64,000 nt of DNA, taken from positions 32,001-96,000 of IMG/VR virus record IMGVR_UViG_3300032163_000002; one strand, written 5' to 3'. A program made the position numbers and the translations under genes. Shown here piece by piece: positions 59,780 through 64,000 of the stretch. Each line of letters opens with the position of its first letter. Position 1 is the first letter of the stretch. A model generated the notes under the pieces. That model was given only the letters and a program-made list of their open reading frames with translations, ran no database searches and had not been told where the DNA came from. This DNA is from a virus.

Positions 59780-62475
59780 TTAACGAAGTTTGAGCGTGGA
59801 CACTGGAATGAACCATGCAATCAAAAAATCAAAATTTCGAGACAGATATTTAATCCTCCCAACAACGACCGGATCTTTTTTCCTAAACGTACGCGCCGGA
59901 CTAACCCCAATCTCATCGAAGATTTTCAGTGCCATTGCCCGCTCAGTCGCTGTGAGAATATGAGGCTTCGAAAGAGCAAAGGGAAACGTGATCTCTTCGC
60001 GGAATTTTTCAGCCCATCGGTTAACCAGCATAACAGGAGAAACCGTTCCATCAGCCGCCTTTTTATCAATAGTATAAGTTTTCTCCGCTGTTATTGCCTC
60101 CTCAGAGACATATCGCCCTTCTCCAAGAGCCGGAGCTTCTGATTCCTGAGCACGAACAGTTGGACCATTCCAACGGTTTTCACCACTTCTAAAATTCTTC
60201 GTCGGCTTCTTCCGTGTCGTCCTGACAGCAAAAATATCAATGGTAAAATCCGGAACGAGAATATACCCTGCCTCAAAAGCTGCACGCAACTTATGATAAG
60301 TCTCTGCTTTTTGAGACAACCTATGTAAATCCTGTTTGATCCGAACGAGATTCCAATGGTTTTTCTTGGCAATCTCGAAGTTTTCAGTCCGCTCTTTTAG
60401 CTCTACCTCCGTTTTTCTGATCAACTGAGATATCCAAGCAATAAGAGTTGTCTGTGAGGATGTAGCATCTACTTCAGACCCCACAACGACAGACACTTCA
60501 TCAGGAACCAACTCAGCCATTACTGGCGTTTCCAGTGCAGCAAGTTCCAGCGTCGCGCTCATTTTTCACTCCCTCCTCTTTACCAAGCAAAACTTTCACC
60601 ATAGCATTAATTTCAGCACAGATCGGGGCGTCAATATAAATTAAATCCCCTTCATCCGCCTCAATGTCTTCCCCGTGAATCTTCGGATCGTAAGCCACTT
60701 GAAAAAGAAGTCCAACTTCATGCGCCCATTCCTGAAACACCGGATCATTATAACCGGGATCAAAAAGATCCTCACGGATTTTTCCCCAAAACAACGCAAG
60801 AGGAAGCAACATTTCCATTATGGCAGCGGCATGAGTGAACATCTCTGAACGAATCTTGTTGAAATCAGGCGGTTTTTGCTCGGTTTCTCCGTGACCAGTG
60901 ATACACCCTGCAAGAAAAATGTCGTTGAGATTCTTGTCTATTTCTTCAGGCGTTAGGATTTTTTTCATACCCGTTGTGCCTCCTTTTTTGCCGCTTGAAG
61001 TTCCCGCCGTTTCTTTTCCCACTCCCGCTTCGCCTGCATGTCTGCGAAAGCGGTCTTACCCCGTTGCGCAGCATCATCGCGGAACTACTGCCACGGCCCA
61101 ACACGCAGATAAGCACGCACGTAGACACGTCGCTGAAGCTTTATCATAGCCCGATACTTGATAAGCTCGGCGGCTTCCCGTGGATCTTTGTCATTAACGA
61201 AAAATTTCAATTTCATAATTACATCTCCCTAGCGCTTTTTTCAGCATTTGCAACCCACACGAAACAAAATACTCCAACTGCCACCATCCAATTACTCCCC
61301 AACCAAATCAATAACAGGCTTACAATATAAAGCACCCACGAAAAAATCAGCACAAACCAGTATGCCCATTTATTTTTCATTTTCCTCCTTCAGCTATAGC
61401 ATTTCGTTTATTTAACCAATATTGCTGAAACCACCCAAGACGATGTACTGGCCTGCAATACCCGCATCCCGGAAGAAGACACCGATCTACGAGAATCGAC
61501 CAGTTATACCAAAACATCCAACGAGGCGTCGCGGGCGCTATACGTTGTTGGCTACCATAACCATGCGTGTGAGGTCTCAAATTTTCTTCCTCGCAACACG
61601 AATATAGTGAAGAGGAGGCCAACGCGGCGGAATATTCTTGTATTGATCAGTACAGGCCATATCCAATGCTTTCCGTAATACCTTCACCAATTTTTTTGTT
61701 TCAGCAAGATCGCTCCGAAGAGATGCATCTGTAAAAAGAAACTCTTCAATATAAGGATGGTCTGAATCATCTGGCAACGCCTTGAACATGAACTCTATCG
61801 CTTCTCGTGTCAATCTGGTCAATTTACTGACACAAGTTATATCTGGAATTTTAACTCGTGATTTTGTCGTTTGTAGAGCCAAGATATTCACTGTTCTCAA
61901 CAACTTACTTCGCTGTTCATTCAAATCTGTAACAGCAACGCAAGTACCTTCATGCTTCAATTCAAAACACCGAAAACATATTGTTGGGCGCTGATTCATA
62001 CTTTTTTCTTCTCACCAAGAATAATCTTTTCAACTTGGTCGTCACTCAACCCTCGCCAACGACACCACCGAATAACACAACCCACTTTGAAATTGAGCCA
62101 CACATTTTCACAGGCATGTTTCACAAGCTCAAAAGCTGCCCGCCAGTAACTACCGTACCACGCACGAACTAAACACCACAGATTAAGCTGCCATATAGGT
62201 TCTACTTTTATTCCCCGATCCTGAAATACACGAAGCCCCCGCAAGGCATTCTCCCACGGAACAGAGTAAACAGGATATCGACGGTTCACTTCAATACTCC
62301 GCGTTTTCATGCTGCATATCTTGCACACTACACGCCGCTTGTGACCTGCAAAAACGCCATGACAAGAACAGCACTCATTCCAATAATTGCCGTTCTCGTG
62401 CTTAAAATCTTCAGGCCAATCCCGTTCCGTTGCTTTCCAGTCCCGTTCATTTACTTTGTAAGAAGAATCAGCCAT
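59780..62475 (-). other. Hypothetical genes (59780..60562, 60513..60968, 61377..61622, 61577..61999, 61996..62475)
   Basis: Contiguous ORFs; the last begins with a RDWPEDF.HENGNY...C..C...GHKRR..C..C Zn motif. Confidence 0.65.
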
Positions 62476-63085
62476 TTTTCGTTACCTCAAATAATTTGTT
62501 CTTTTCATAAATCGCCTGTACCCAACTGGCAGAAAGACCAAAGCGCTTTCCAATCAAACCGTATGCTTCTCCCTTATTGCGAGCTTTAACGATTTCGTGA
62601 TCCCTTTCTTTTCTTGCCGGAGCACCAAGTGCCCGAACAGAAAGTACCGGAATCACACGACGCTTCGGAAATCTGGTATTAAGCATGCACTCTCTATTAT
62701 GAAAATATTGACTCTCATGCTTCGGATTGAACGAAACCCCACAGCCTTCACACTGTCGCAAACGTGCCCCGCAAGTAGGACACACCGAACCACCCTCCGC
62801 AGAGGGCTTCTTGTATCGTTTTTCCAGCCCCGTTTCATATCCTGTAACAATCGGTAATTGAACACCATACCTCTTCAATATACAACACAGTAACTGATGC
62901 GAATTCTCCCCAAAATTACGAAGGAGAAACATTGCCCTCCATTGCAAACCATCTCGGTAAAGAAGACACCCCGTAGATGTACGCGCAAGGTCTAAAGTCG
63001 TTTTCAAATTGGCACTACGCAAACAATTTTTTAAGCGCTCCGTCAAATCGAGTTCTTCCAAAACGATAGATTTCTGCTCAACCAT
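62468..63085 (-). CDS. RNA polymerase alpha-CTD-like domain, Zn ribbon and C-terminal HTH
   Basis: LEELDLTERLKNCLRSANL.T..DL...LRNFGE.S...L...L...G..L; R..EI...R..G.....IG.RFGLS...V..I. Confidence 0.8.
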   Translation of the reverse strand: MVEQKSIVLEELDLTERLKNCLRSANLKTTLDLARTSTGCLLYRDGLQWRAMFLLRNFGENSHQLLCCILKRYGVQLPIVTGYETGLEKRYKKPSAEGGSVCPTCGARLRQCEGCGVSFNPKHESQYFHNRECMLNTRFPKRRVIPVLSVRALGAPARKERDHEIVKARNKGEAYGLIGKRFGLSASWVQAIYEKNKLFEVTKNG

Positions 63086-63809
63086 GAAATTCTCCCGGAA
63101 TTTCTTTATAGATTTTTCCGATCACGCCTGTCTTCATATCTCCAACAAGACTCGGGGGCCAATAAAAAGTTCCGATTGCATGCCCGAGCAATGGGCGTTC
63201 GGACAAATATGTTTTGAAGTGTCCCCGCCGCAAATGCACCCCGATTAAAACTTTTTGCTGTGTCGCGCGGCGGATCTCGTCTTCAGAAAGAATTCGCTGT
63301 GTGCCGGGCACTCTAATTCGCAAAGTGTGATAACGAAGATACAGAAGACCACCACGGCGCACATGTTTCTTCGACAACTTCTCCGGAGGATTGATCTCCT
63401 CCGGCAAAACATTTCGACAGGATAAAAGCCCCTGAAAAAATAAAGCGACGTGACAAGAAGCGGGCACAGAGATATCCCCGAGACGTATATCCGTATCCGG
63501 CACGGTTAAATCATCGAGCTGAGAAACGAATTCTCCTCGATAAGTGTAAGCTGTACGTAAAACCCGTCCATCCTTTTCAAGCACAGCAATCATTGTCACA
63601 GTCGGCTGAATGACAATATTCCCCGCTTCAATAAACGGAACTAGTACCTGAATCCACCGTGCCCCGGCTATAAAATGCTGCCATAAAACGACACCTGCCG
63701 GGTCAAGGAACTCAGGACACATAAAGTGGTCAGGTGTAATTTGCTGCTGGTCAAACGTCACAATAGCCACAGCAGAGCATGCACCTTTCTCGTGCCATTC
63801 ATACCACAC
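63078..63809 (-). CDS. Conserved phage hypothetical protein (H.RRGH motif)
   Basis: HLRRGHFKTY...W.P..VG...G.I.K.Y C-terminal motif. Confidence 0.75.
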   Translation of the reverse strand: MWYEWHEKGACSAVAIVTFDQQQITPDHFMCPEFLDPAGVVLWQHFIAGARWIQVLVPFIEAGNIVIQPTVTMIAVLEKDGRVLRTAYTYRGEFVSQLDDLTVPDTDIRLGDISVPASCHVALFFQGLLSCRNVLPEEINPPEKLSKKHVRRGGLLYLRYHTLRIRVPGTQRILSEDEIRRATQQKVLIGVHLRRGHFKTYLSERPLLGHAIGTFYWPPSLVGDMKTGVIGKIYKEIPGEFHG

Positions 63810-64000
63810 ATTTTGATACGGCGGAGCAGCAGGTGGAATATCATAGATAGAAGTTTGAGCGATAACGGGAAACGTCTGTAACCCGTGGGCATGCTGAAAA
63901 TGTTCAAGCGCAAGTGGAAATACGGACGTACATTCGAAACTCTGGAATAACCCTCTCGGTGCAGACGGAAAAGTGCCAAACGGTATGACAACTTCAGTCA

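Overview
This window is a 64-kb segment of a large tailed dsDNA phage genome. Essentially all real genes are on the minus strand, tightly packed with overlapping start/stop codons; plus-strand ORFs are mostly antisense shadows. 0-36 kb is an accessory region of small genes: 3 homing-type endonucleases, a papain-family protease, a nucleotidyltransferase, RyR-domain, HicB-like and HAD proteins, a vWA plus divergent adenylosuccinate-synthetase pair, Mor-like and sigma-like regulators and a 5x AT-hook protein. 36-58 kb is a DNA replication/recombination module: resolvase, Rad50/Mre11, RecA, SSB, UvsY-like protein, UDG-fused family A polymerase, CobT/CobS-like vWA plus AAA pair, primase, DnaB and an SF2 helicase. 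58-64 kb holds more hypothetical and regulatory genes, including an RNAP alpha-CTD-like/HTH fusion. The main non-ORF signal is a set of 13 sigma70-type promoters (TTGAC[TA]-17 bp-TAxxxT) in two classes. Class B carries a palindrome CTTAC-N4-GTAAG over the -10 box; class A carries a TAA[GA]TAAC spacer motif. Five promoters place a start codon exactly at the expected +1 (leaderless). One drives a candidate tRNA-like ncRNA (9944-10079), and one is back-to-back with the only convincing plus-strand unit, a ~70-nt sRNA complementary to the start of a gene in the divergent operon. A family of unrelated small proteins shares an N-terminal MK-x-x-S-x-L-x-E-x-L-I-E leader (candidate capsid-targeting signal), and several enzyme-fold proteins appear to have lost catalytic residues. 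No CRISPR array, canonical tRNA, rRNA or integrase was seen. All calls are by motif recognition by eye; no searches were run.
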